Assembly: GCF_001194135.2 (NCBI RefSeq)
Contig: NC_068981.1
Location: 189,105,557 to 189,169,556 of the forward strand
Direction of reading: 5' to 3'
Length of the DNA: 64,000 nt
DNA from: Octopus bimaculoides
Lineage: Eukaryota
Shown: positions 24,501 through 36,300 of the stretch, one piece after another
Layout of the letters: each line of letters starts with the position of its first letter
How positions within the stretch are numbered: position 1 is the first letter of the stretch
Program-made: the position numbers and the translations under genes
The notes under the pieces: generated by a model
Seen by the model: the letters and a program-made list of their open reading frames with translations, nothing else
Told to the model about the DNA's origin: nothing
Database searches by the model: none

Positions 24501-26799
24501 TATATATATATATATATATATATATATTGAAGATTAATAGAAATCCAAAATACTAATTCTGCATTATAACAATATTATTTAATTTGCTGACTTTAGATAT
24601 GGTGTTGTATGATTTAAACTTCACTATTCATGTATACTGTTTAAAAATTACATAATTTTCAGACATTATTTAGCAACTAGAATATCATTTGTGATATGAC
24701 ATTTAACACTGAATGTATATTTTTGCTACCATGGGTAATATCAGGAAATAAGGTATGCATAGAACAGTTATGATTTAATTTTTATAAAATTTCTAAGTGC
24801 TTATACAAAATGATGAAATGAACAGTAATTTTTCAGAGCAAAATGTTACCTTAAAAAATAATAAAAAGAAACAAATTTTGCATTTGCAATTACTTTTCTA
24901 AATTTTATCAGCTAATGACAATTCTACTCTGGTGAATGCTTATCTCTGCAAAATTTCATTTAAAAAAAAGGGATACATTTTTTAAAATGTTATAAGACTT
25001 AAAGTAGGTAAGAAGGCATCAAACTGTAATTACACCTCTCTTTCTCACACACACACAACATGTTAATTTGCAAATTGACAAGTCATTTTAAAATGTAAAT
25101 AAAAATATTGGTAATTTTACAAAAGAAGGATTTGAAGGCATTCCTTTACTCATTGTCTGCAATCAAGCCTAGAATGTGTATTCATCCTACACCTCTTGTG
25201 TTAACTCTCTGTATCTCTATTTTACTTTTTCTCTGTACAGTATAAACCATGACTGAAGAAATCAACCAACCAACAGTTATACTAGCTATTTTAATTAGCG
25301 ATAAGGTGATGAACTGGCAGAACTGCTAGCATTCCAAGCAAAATGCTTAACAACATTTGTGCTAAAATTTGAAGCCATTATTAAATAACTTTTTTTTTAA
25401 TATCCTATCTCTAACGTCTTTAAAATAGGTGCAGACATTGCTGTGTGGTTAAGAAGATTATTTTCCAATTATGTGCTTTCAATTTCAGTTCCACTGCATG
25501 AAACTTTAGGCAAGTATCTACCTAGATCAACCAAAGCCACTTGAGTGTATTTGGTAAGCAGATACTGAAAGAAGCTTGTCATGTGCATGCACACATGTAT
25601 GATGAAGCTGTGATCTACGGCAGAAAAAGCTCTGCACGATGGAAAATGGGTGCTTTCGGCAATGTGCTACTGGTGAAATACATCAACAATCCATACTCTA
25701 CGTGGACCCCCAAAAAATAAATAAATAAAATAACTGCCTCCTTACTCAGCTTTAATGACTTCACTTTATTGACACAGACATCACTGATATCAAAGTATCA
25801 GTGTTGGGCAGGACACTGATTCTGTCTTAAATTCCTCCTCTCATATAAATGTAGAAGCTATAAACTGACTACTTCACATGCCCTCTATCAATTGACTGTA
25901 AAGAAAAATTAGAATCATATATTCTTTGTGAATGTGAGAATCTGACCTAGGTATATATAAATAATATCTGGTTATTAGTATATTTTATATGCAGTTAATT
26001 TGGTATCTTGTATAAAGCTTTTGAGTAGAATCTGATCTTTTCTCACACACTTTACACAGAACATTCTGTTTATCATTACCATGAGAAATATTTTTGAACA
26101 AAAGAACAGGGTATTACAAACTTATATTCACATTAATTAGCAAAAAAATTAGCATAAAATTTATATTAAGATTACAAACATGTGGTGTTCACTGATGGCC
26201 AGTCAGTGTAAAGGAGATTACTATTTCTATATGATATTTTGTGCAATTAGAAGTTTGAAGTTTATAATTGAGGAACAAGGAAGAAGATGCATAGGATATA
26301 GATGTTCAATTTATTTTTGTTCTCCATATTACAAAGATCTTAATTTTTTTAGCTATAGGTAATTATGTATAGTACCATTTCATTTTTATTTGAAATCATC
26401 AGCATGACATAATCTGAGGTAAATAAATTAAACTAAATTCAACATTTATGAAGTGAGAAATTTCTCTGAAATTGGTAAATAACAAAATCAGCTAGTAAAA
26501 GAAACAATTATATATGTAGGTGAAATATTGCTAATATCATTAATAAATTGGTATCTTAATAGCGTGACTTTCTGTGAAATATATTATCTTGTGTATGGGG
26601 TTTGTGAGCCAGGGGTGAAGTCACAAGAGCTAAGGTGAGTGGGGGGTGGGGGTGATGGGGTTAACAATCCACAGAGGTAATTGAGGAAAAACAGACTTCT
26701 GGTATTGGTGATGGGAGGGAAGGTATATTGCAAGTAAATGATCCATGAATTTTGTGGATCACTTATGTAGTTTGATCAGGATGCTAAGAAAGATAAGAG

Positions 26800-27560
26800 A
26801 GATATAGAACATAGAACACAATGAGATGAAAGTAAGAAAACAGAGATGATCTTCAACTTTTGTAGATAACAGAGAGAGTGAGAGAGATAAGTAGGAAAAA
26901 ATATGGTGAAAGAAGGAAAAAAGTTGCATAAAGTGCATAATTAGATCTGTGCATAATAGTAACGATAATAAAATAATGAAGTTTGGGAATGAATGAATGG
27001 AGGCTATTTAGAAGAGGGAAGGAAAGTAAAAGGTTTGATTATCTGAATATTTTCATTATCATCGCATATGCTCTTCGATAGAGATGCCAAGAGAGATAAA
27101 GGGCACCTAAAGCATAACTATATAGGGACAAAAATAAGAAAATGAGAACAATCCTTGAGCTTGAGTTTTGCAAACAAAAGAGAAAGCCTGATAGGAAGAA
27201 ACATGGTCAAAGAGGAGAAAAAGGTATATACAGTGAGTAATTAGACAAGCTCCTAATTGAGACATTAATAAAATAATGAAGTTAAAAAAATGAATAATAA
27301 ATGACTGGAAGTTATTTAGAAGAGGAAGGAATATTAGAGAATTGCTTATCTGACTTTCTCCATTATCATAACATATACTGTTTGAGAGGGATTCCAAGAA
27401 TAATATGAGATATAGTTCATGTAAAACACATATAGGGACAAAAGTAAGAATACAGAAACAATCTTCAAGTTTTGTAGATAACAGAATTAGAGAGAGATAG
27501 GTAGGAAAAAGCATGATGAAAGAAGTTATGAAAGATGTACATATCTGCACAATGGGAGAC
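26800..27560. repeat. Ancient diverged tandem repeat, period about 300 bp, ~2.5 units
   Basis: ATCTTCAA(C/G)TTTTGTAGATAACAGA recurs near 26848 and 27460. TATTTAGAAGAGG recurs near 27005 and 27314. TATAGGGACAAAA recurs near 27121 and 27432. Confidence 0.7.
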
Positions 27561-28451
27561 ATTATTTAAGAGGCTTTCTTCCCAGTATCAGTTTTCTAGC
27601 TTTAACATTTCTTCTCAAAGAAACTGAAGAAATCCTCAACCTAAATTTTCTTTAATACTATTTCATTAATATTCTTCACCTAAAATTGAGTATCCACTTA
27701 GTTATTTTTATTGTTGCGAGGCTCAGTTTTAAGCAAGAAAATTTAGAGAGTCAAAGTAGATTACAATATTTCAAAAGAATTAGGTTTTCAACTATGATTA
27801 AATGCATGTGTATTTGTGCACATCTGAGTGTTGTGTGTGCAGGTCTGTTATGTATGCACATGTGATGTGTATGTATATCTTGTGTGCATGTGACATGCAC
27901 ATGCATGGTATGTGCAAGTGTGATATGTGCATGCATGGTGTGTACATGCATGCGGTATGACTGTGTGTGTGTGTGTGGTGTGCAAGTGTGTGTATCAAGA
28001 AATAAGCCCCTACCAAACCCAGGAGAGACCCAGAATGGTGTTCAGCTCTAATATCTGAGAAAATGCCAAAAAAAAAAAAATCATCTACCTGATAGATTGG
28101 CATGAAGTCACTCCACTGTACACTTCAATCTTCATTGTCTTTTCCTGCCTCCATGTCTTCTACTGCTGCTATAGAAACCAATGCTAAGCAAAGCTCTACT
28201 CAGAGTCTTCTCACTACCCATATTGTGATCACCAACATCTTTGCACTATATGTTACACACAATCTTTCTTCCCAATAATGTTGGTCTAGAAATCCACCTA
28301 AAGTAGAGTATTAGTGTCAATCTTTGATCTTCGCTGCCAGAAGCACCTCACCATCTCCAGTCTAACCCCATTACAAAAATAAAAACAATACAAAAAAGGT
28401 TCAATATAAACTAAATTTCTTTGAAAATGTGTCTTCAATGTAAATTATATT

Positions 28452-28669
28452 TTAACCCTTTAGCATTCAAATTACTCTGTGAAATTCATTCACTTTGTTT
28501 TAAATCAATCATGTATTATCTCATAACACTAAGATTTAGATAATGTGAATGTTTATTTTTAAAATGAAATTGTAGGGAAGATGTGAAAGGTCAAATCTAG
28601 CTGGTTTGAACATAAAAACGCGTAGAATATTTGGGCAAGATGTGATCGGTTTAAAAGCTAAAGAATTAA
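28452..28669. mobile_element. MITE with TTAACCCTTTAGC-type terminal inverted repeats (piggyBac-like TTAA ends)
   Basis: Left end TTAACCCTTTAGCATT; right end AAAGCTAAAGAATTAA, an imperfect reverse complement. Confidence 0.65.
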
Positions 28670-28764
28670 AGAGTACTTTTAATATAAACTTAATATTTTT
28701 GTACAGAAGTAACTGAACCAGGTCATAAAAGTTACTGAGAGAGTTATAATACAACTGATTAGGA

Positions 28765-30060
28765 AAAAAATTAAGCTAAATGAGATGCAGTTTGGTTTTA
28801 TGCCTAGGAAGATGGCATCTTCCTAGTGAGACAGCTGCAAGAAAAGTATTTGGACAAAAGTAAGCTATTTTACTTAGGTTTTGTCGACGTGGAGAAGGCT
28901 TTTGACAGAGTCCCCACCTCTATTATCTGGTGGTCTCTTAGGCAGCTAAGGGTAGAGGAGTGGCTTGTTAGAGCTGTACAAGCCATGTACAGTGGTGCTG
29001 TTAGTAAGGTGAGAGTTAGCCCTGAATACAGTGATGAATCTAGCGTACAGGTAGGGGTTCACCACGGCTCAGTTCTCAGCCCACTCTTATTCCTTGTAGG
29101 CCATAACAGAGAAATTCAAAACTGGATGACTACAGGAACTACTTTATGCTAATGACCTCACTCCTATAGCAGAATCTATAACAGAATTGAAGAAATTCCA
29201 GGTATGGAAGCAAAACCTGGAATCAAAGGGCCTTAAAGTTAACCAAGCAAAGATTAAAGTTGTTGTTAGCAAGAAAGAAGATAAAACTCTCTTTCTGTTG
29301 GGTAAATGGCCCTGCTCAGTATGTCGAGAAGGAGTTGAAAGTAATTCCATTCGCTGCACCCAGTATAAGCTATGGACAAGTAAGAGGTAGATTAACAGAT
29401 AAAGTTGTCTTCGTGTGTGACAGATGTGCAGGAACAATAAGCACAAAGAGCACATGGGACTTAGATTTTCTCAAATGCCCAAAAGGCTCTCTTGGACCAA
29501 ATTAACAATGGTTGAAGATGCTCTGAAAGTATTGTTTCTAGAATAATGATAGAATGGAGGAAGTTCAGAGAGTTATTACCTATGTTGGCAATAAAAGGAC
29601 TCTCCCTCAGAGTGAAATGTAGATTGTATGATGCTTGTGTACAGACGTCTATACTCCGTAGTAGTGAGACATGGGCTCTGAATATAGAAGACATGTAGAC
29701 TGGAGAGAAATGAAGGCAATATGTTCCATTTGATGTGCAAGATCGGTGTGGCTGCACAACAATGTGCAAATGTGTTGAGATAAAAGTTGGGCATAAGAGG
29801 GATCATATGTAGCATGCAAGAGAGAAGAGACTATGTTGGTTTGGACATGTGATGCATATGAATGAAGACAGCTGTATAAAGAAGTACCAAGCACTGAAAG
29901 TGGATAGTACTCATGGAAGAGGGTGACCCAGGAAGGTATCGGATAAAGTGGTGCAGACCGATCTCAGGATGTTGGGCCTCATGAAGGAAATGATAATGGG
30001 CCAAGAAGTCTGGTGATATGAGGTTCTTGAGAAGACCTGCCCACGTCAACAAAACTGAGT
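28765..30060 (+). mobile_element. 5'-truncated RTE-clade LINE (RT, PHD-like finger, C-terminal region), frameshifted
   Basis: EMQFGFMP, RQLQEKYL...FVDVEKAFDRVP, GVHHGSVLSPLLF, LYANDL (YADD motif), GLKVNQAKIKV, and a 3' end resembling RLCWFGHVMHMNED...GRG.PRK. Confidence 0.93.
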
Positions 30061-30069
30061 TGTAGTAGC

Positions 30070-30690
30070 ACTGTGTTCCACCCACATGTAACAAGAACAC
30101 TTTTCACACACCTTAACCCAACAAACCAAACTACATCTCTTCTCTTCCTCACATTTCCTCTTCCATGTACTATGCTCATCTCTCACACCCCAATCCTGTC
30201 CTCACTGCACTACTCACAGAATCATTGCTATCCAGTAGACCCCCATCCTCTCTATATACCCAAGTTTTCACCAGTCACTGCATTCCACAACCCCACACTC
30301 TACTCACACTATTTTTGGCAATACCCTGCCACTTATATATGACCTCCATACCCTGAGGGTGTGCCCTTGAACATGCCACCATCTATCTTTCTCTTCCTTT
30401 ACTCTACTAATCCATTTATTTTCTGATCCTCGTCCCCTGTAAGTATGCCCAACACTTCGCCACCATCTCTCTCCTGCACTCTTACTGTCTCTTACTCTCT
30501 CTCCCCTTCTCTTGCTCTTCCCTCAGGTTGGGTAACCATGTATCTCCTTTACAGCAGCACACCTGTTTCCATCCTCACTTTTGATCACACTCTCCCTCTC
30601 TGGCCAGGTAACCACAAATCTCTCCTACACAAGATCACTTCCTCCAATGTCTCCTCCTCTCTCAAAGGATCTTTGTCTTGCAAGTTACTT
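30070..30690 (-). mobile_element. Older RTE-clade LINE fragment in opposite orientation
   Basis: Minus-strand remnants such as SAVRTG and VHGRGNVRKRRDVVW resemble RTE C-terminal motifs; heavily decayed. Confidence 0.45.
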
Positions 30691-30691
30691 G

Positions 30692-30990
30692 GTGACCCTA
30701 CCAGTGCTGGTGCCACATAAAACGCATCCAGTCACACTGTAAAGTGGGTGGCATTTGAAAGGGCATCAAGCTGTAAAAACCATGCCACAACTGACCTACC
30801 TTGTGCTCATGCCACATGAAAAGCACCCAGTCCACATAGCTGGATGGTTAGTGTCAGGAAGAGCACCCAGTCATAAAAACCATGCCAAAACGGACACAGA
30901 AGTCTGGTGCAGTCTTCTGCCTTGCCAGCTCCAGTCAACCTGTTCAACCCATGCCAGCATAGAAAGCAGACATTAAACAATGATGATGAA
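30692..30990 (+). mobile_element. SINE-like family D with internal duplication
   Basis: GACCCTACCAGTGCTGGTGCCACATAAAA..., CATAAAAACCATGCC repeated, AACCCATGCCAGCAT...GATGATG. Confidence 0.8.
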
Positions 30991-31499
30991 TCCTGTATGG
31001 ATCAATATATTCTTTTATTTTACATTGAGCTATAATAATACAGTGCATGTCATTAATCATAAGATCTACAACATTAAATATTTCATATAACAGGATTTTA
31101 CATATCTTTAATGCTAAAATCTATTGCTTTCTCCTATATCTGAAAGATGGATTAGTTTTCAGAAACATTTAAAAAAAAAATATCGATTAAAGATCAGAAA
31201 ATAAATATGAAAGCAGAATTGTATCATACACAAGAGAAAGTAAATTTATAGAAAAATAATTAATTAAAATTTGAAGATGTCTTTTTGATGGAACTAACAT
31301 TCTAATTAGTGTTAGATAATGATCTTTTAAATAACACAGGAAAATGCTCAGAGGTATATTCCATCTAATTTTTATCCACTACTTTTTCCACATCCTATGT
31401 AATAATTTATGAGATAATGTTTTTATAAGATATTTTTTAATAAAGTGTTTAAGAACAAAGGCTACCACTTTCATTAAAGAAACTAGAAGATAATTATCT

Positions 31500-31872
31500 T
31501 ATGACTGGTGTGATTGTTGCTCAGTGTTTGTGAGTGAATGACTGTTGCTCAACACAAGTGATTGAGTGATTGTTGCTTAGCACAAGCGAGTGATAACTGC
31601 TCAGTGCATGTGAGTGAGTGACTGTTGCTCAGCATGAGTGAGTGACTGTTGCTCAGCATGAGTGAGCAATTGTTGCACGGCATGAGTGATGATTGTTGCA
31701 CAGCATGAGTGAGAGTGATTGTCGCTCAGCATGAGTGAGATTGATTGTCGCTCGACATGAATGAGAGTGATTGTTGCTCATCATGAGTGAACAAGTGATT
31801 GTTGCTCAGCACGAGTGAGTGATTGTTGCTCAGCATGAGTGAGTGATTGTTGCTCAGCATGAGTGAGTGAGT
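31500..31872. repeat. Minisatellite, ~24 bp unit (GAGTGAGTGATTGTTGCTCAGCAT) x ~15
   Basis: Directly visible; the most homogeneous units are at the 3' end. Confidence 0.95.
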
Positions 31873-32634
31873 GTTTGGATTTTCTGTAAGGGTTAATTCC
31901 CTTAACTTTTTTAAATGCTCAAAATAAGGGTTTCTTACAGTGGACACAGTTTGTGTGGACCCTGTCCCTCTTTCTTGTCCTTCAAACTTGCATTGCTCTG
32001 ATGCAATAAGAACAACAAGATCAGTAGTTATCAGGATGCAGGATTTGTATAGAGTTGCCTTCTCACATATGATCAACAAAAGAGCTGAAGGGTCTGAGGA
32101 GGTGTCTGTGAGTGATGATGACCTGGAAGCAGTTCCATTACATGCAAATTATTCCATAGCTAGGACCCTAAACAGGAGCTACTGCTCTGTGTCTGAGTAG
32201 ACCTGGGAACAATAGTGACTAACTAAAAGGGGGTCCCTACTCCTCAAAACCCTGGAATTATGAAACCAGGGCTTACCTAATGGATGCAGTTTTAAGTTTA
32301 AGTCAAACCCATGACAAATATGTGTGAGCATAGAGAGAAAGAGAAAGAGATGTGTATATCAACATGAAAATGGGTGCACTTGAAATACTGTAGTATTACA
32401 CGAATGTAAACTTTTTATCTCATATCATATGAGAACAAAGGAATAAGTAGAAGTTAAAGTATCGGGATAAATAGAATTGACTAAAATTCTTAATGGTAGT
32501 GTGCCAGTATGGCCACTGTCCAATGTCAAGCTTATAAAAGAATAAAAGATTGTGGAATGACGGTAATGTGTATTTTGAGATAAATATATGGAAGGAGCTC
32601 AGAATTTACATATAAAATAGAAGCAATTTATTTG

Positions 32635-32681
<47 letters not shown>

Positions 32682-32691
32682 NNNNNNNNNN
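32682..32691. other. Assembly gap (10 N)
   Basis: Run of N. Confidence 1.
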
Positions 32692-32749
32692 CACACATAT
32701 ACATACCCACACACATCTTGGCATTCTTAAGCTATAGAATCTCTTTTGC

Positions 32750-33490
32750 ATTCTGAAACAGCCAGCATGATTAATGTTTTTCTTGATTGTTTCTCTGAAT
32801 ACTTACAACGTCTTTCACTCTTCCCTCGAAACCTAGCATATGTATAGATATTGTGCTGCTCTCTACACCAATCAACTCTTGCAATTTCTTCTTCATGGCA
32901 TATCAGCCAACATTAAACAACTGCCTCTTATTATTCAAGTCAATAGTTGTTAAGTTTGTTGTCAATTCCATACTAACTACTCCTGATGGTGAGTAAACTG
33001 CATTCTCAACTTATTTGGTACAGCCAAATAAGTGTAAGAAATATACTTCAAATTCACAGGCAACAGAAGCCTGAAAGCACATATTGCAGCAAAATCCAAA
33101 ATATTTTAACACAGAAAGCTTTGCTGTTACACTGATTGAAAGACTATATCTAGCAGAGATCATTTACTATTGTTATGTGGGAAATATTCATTTTACAAAC
33201 ATAATCTGTGCAAAAGACTATTCAAAGGGCAGAATATATTTGCAAAAAGTCTTCAAAGACTTCAGCCATGTATTTTGGTTTCTAGCGAGGTCAATTAAAT
33301 CCAACTTCTTAAGATTTTTCCAATCCAAGAAACAATAGAAAGCTCCCATGCAAACAAAGCTATAGCATTTGCACAATACTGAACATGATTGCTTGACTTA
33401 CTGGAAATAGCAGCCAAGACTCTTAAATAAAGTTCTATCAATGAAAGGAATTTAGACACATTCATTGGATAATGTAATGAAATAAACTGC
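32750..33490 (-). mobile_element. Decayed RTE-clade LINE fragment
   Basis: Frameshifted remnants KKLDL...LETKIH (cf. GL.VSW.KTKIQ), FQA/LLPV (cf. VF.SLVLPVLLY) and RQLFNVG*YA (cf. RQLRLFGHVAR), in the expected order. Confidence 0.5.
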
Positions 33491-34163
33491 ATGAAAAGGT
33501 TGGATGGTTATGGATGGAATGCCTTATGAGTCTGCTGTAACTGTAACAACCATTGCTTATATTACCTGTCAACATAAAAGACGAGTCTGCTTTTTACTCA
33601 ACTTCTTTAGGGTCCTAGTATGGCTCCTGGCCTTGCCTGCTCCTGTCAAACCATCCAATGCATGAGCATGGAACATGAATGTTAAATGAGGATGATCATC
33701 ATCTCCTGTTAGTGGTTGCCAAGTGGGACATCTTTCATCTCATGATTAAAAATATTAAAACCAAATAATATTTCAGACATCATTTAGAAGCAATCAAATG
33801 ACTCCTTGTTCACTTAAAATGTCCTCAGTTGTTCATTATATTTTAGCCAGAGTAAGGACATATAAGAATACACTGGAGAATGCCATTTCTGATATTCCAA
33901 AAATTTTAAATGGTTGTCACCACTGGAATGTCTGTTCAATGAGCTCTTACCAGAGCTAAATAGAAACAAATCAAAGCATAACACTTCATTGTCCCATCAT
34001 AATCTGTTAGTAGCTAAGGTTATTGCTCCATCATTGCAAAAGCCTTTGGAGCTGAAACGCTTACAAGAATAAAAGAATAGTTTATAAATAGAAGGCCTCT
34101 CTATCTCTTATTCAGGAAGACATTTCTTATAAAAAAAGGCCAGATTTATTTACAGCACTAAAG

Positions 34164-34525
34164 CACAAGTGTGGCTGTGGGGTAAGAAGCTTGCTTCCCA
34201 ACTGCATGGTTCTGGGTTCAGTCCCACTGCATGGTACCTAGGGCAAGTGTCTTCTACTTTAATCTTGGACTGACCAAAGCCTTGCAAGTGGATTTGGCAG
34301 ATGGAAACTGAAAGAAACCCATCATATGTGTGTGCGCATTTTGCCCCACACCACTGCTTGACAACTGATGTTGGTTTGTTTATGTCCCTGTAATTTAGTG
34401 GTTTGGTAAAAGAGACTAATAGAATAAGTACTAAGGTTTAAAAAACATAACTACATTTGATAAAAAGTTCTTCAAGGCGATGCACCAGCATGGCTGCAGT
34501 CTAATGACCAAAACAAATAAAAGGC
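34164..34525 (+). mobile_element. SINE family A
   Basis: GTGGCTGTGGGGTAAGAAGC...GGGTTCAGTCCCACTG...GAAACTGAAAGAAACCC. Confidence 0.88.
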
Positions 34526-35282
34526 ATAAGGAAAAAAAAATCAAATATGAACAGCTGCTGACTTCTTACAAAGCATAAACATATTTGCAGTATTCATTGA
34601 TTACTGACTGACAGCATATCTGAAACTGACCATCACTGCACTCTTACATACATGCACACTTTATACAATATTTATGTCATTCTTTGAAATGTAAGTCTTC
34701 TCACACCAACGTTTTAAAAAAAGTTCACTGTGAGAGATATCTCACATTTATCACTGATACTACAGCAATGATAAATGTGAAATATCTCTCTATTCATATC
34801 AATGTAGTATAAACTTTATGCTGCTACCTTACTATTTTTCTTTTATGGTGTTAGGCAAGAAGGGGGATTTCATCAATGATTTAATCCTATAATAACCCTA
34901 ACTCTGGTTTACTTTCAAAACCTACACTAAGCATTTTGGTCAATTTTTCTTCCTGAGAAATATAAATATTTCGGTATCTCTCTTCTCTCCCCAAGTTTTC
35001 TTGCCATCCATAGTTTCTTTTTACAGATGTTATCCACTTATCTCTCTAATTCTTTAACACTATTAGTACAGAATTAACAGCTCTACAACAGTACATTCGT
35101 AATAATCTTGATTCTGTCAACTTCAATGCTTCCTAGGGCTCTTCTCCAATTCCCCTACATTTGGTAGCGTCTAACATTAATTCACAGCCCTTTACTATGA
35201 GGCAAGTATAACCCTTTCATATTCCTTCCCATACTAGAGAATAAAAAAAGAAAAGAGGAATGTTGGCATATTTTTAACAAAA

Positions 35283-35712
35283 TCATCATCATCATCATCA
35301 TCATTTAACGTCCACTTTCTATGCTAGCATGGGTTGGACAATTTGACTGAGGACTGGTGAGCCAGATGGCTACACCAGGCTCCAATCTGATTTGGCAGAG
35401 TTTCTACAGCTGGATGCCCTTCCTAATGCCAACCACTCCGAGAGTGTAGTGGGTGCTTTTACGTGCCACCCGGCATGAAGGCCAGTCAGGAGGTACTGGC
35501 AATGGCCATGCTCAAAATGGTGTATTTTACGTGCCACCTGCACAGGAGCCAGTCCAGCGGTACTGGCAACAATCTCGCTCGAATGTCTTTTCACATGCCA
35601 GGAAGGCGACGTTGGTAATGATCATGCTCAAATGGTGCTATTTACGTGCCACCGGCATGGAAGCCAGACAGCTGGTGTTCTGGCAACGATCACGCTCAGA
35701 CGGTGCTTTTAT
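35283..35712 (-). mobile_element. SINE-like family D, long copy
   Basis: Reverse complement of the 55698-56065 copy over about 350 bp. Confidence 0.9.
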
Positions 35713-35913
35713 TTTAAAATAAAAGAAATTAAATGAAATAAACAGTTTAGAAGGTAACGATAGCTCAAACATTTTCAGACTGACTGATGAAACTGGGGCC
35801 ATAACAGAAAAAAGTGATGAGAAACTACCAGACACTGATGTATTGATATATACAATATAGCAATTTCATTAATTCGACTGTACTAGTTACATAGTGTGTG
35901 TGTGTGTGTATGT

Positions 35914-36300
35914 ACAGGAGTAGCTGTGTGGTAAGTAGCTAGCTTACCAGCCACATGGTTCCAGGTTCAGTTCCACTGTGTGATACCTTGGGCAAGTGTC
36001 TTCTACTACAGCCTCAGGCTGACCAAAGCCGTATGAGTGGATTTGGTAGATGGAAACAGGAAAAAGCCTGTCATATATATATATATATATGTATGTATGT
36101 ATGTATGTTTGTCCCCCCACCATCGCTTGACAACCGATGTTGATGTGTTTATGTCCCCATAACTTAGTGGTTTGGCAAAAGACTGATACAATAAGTAGCA
36201 GGCTTACAAAGAATAAGTCCTGGGGTCAATTTGGTCAACTAAAGGTGTTGCTCCAGCATGGCCACAGTCAAAATGACTGAAACAAATAAAAGAACTAAAA
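35914..36300 (+). mobile_element. SINE family A, full length
   Basis: GGAGTAGCTGTGTGGTAAG through GAAACAAATAAAAG. Confidence 0.9.

Noticed and set aside
31500-31872. CRISPR-like periodicity (also 59380-59535 and 63655-63780)
   Set aside because: Units are contiguous with no unique spacers, there are no cas genes, and the context is eukaryotic.
32797-32900. GCCATG-initiated minus-strand ORF MKKKLQELIG...KDV ending at a GTAAGT donor
   Set aside because: It lies within a colinear series of decayed RTE motifs, so a LINE remnant is the simpler explanation.
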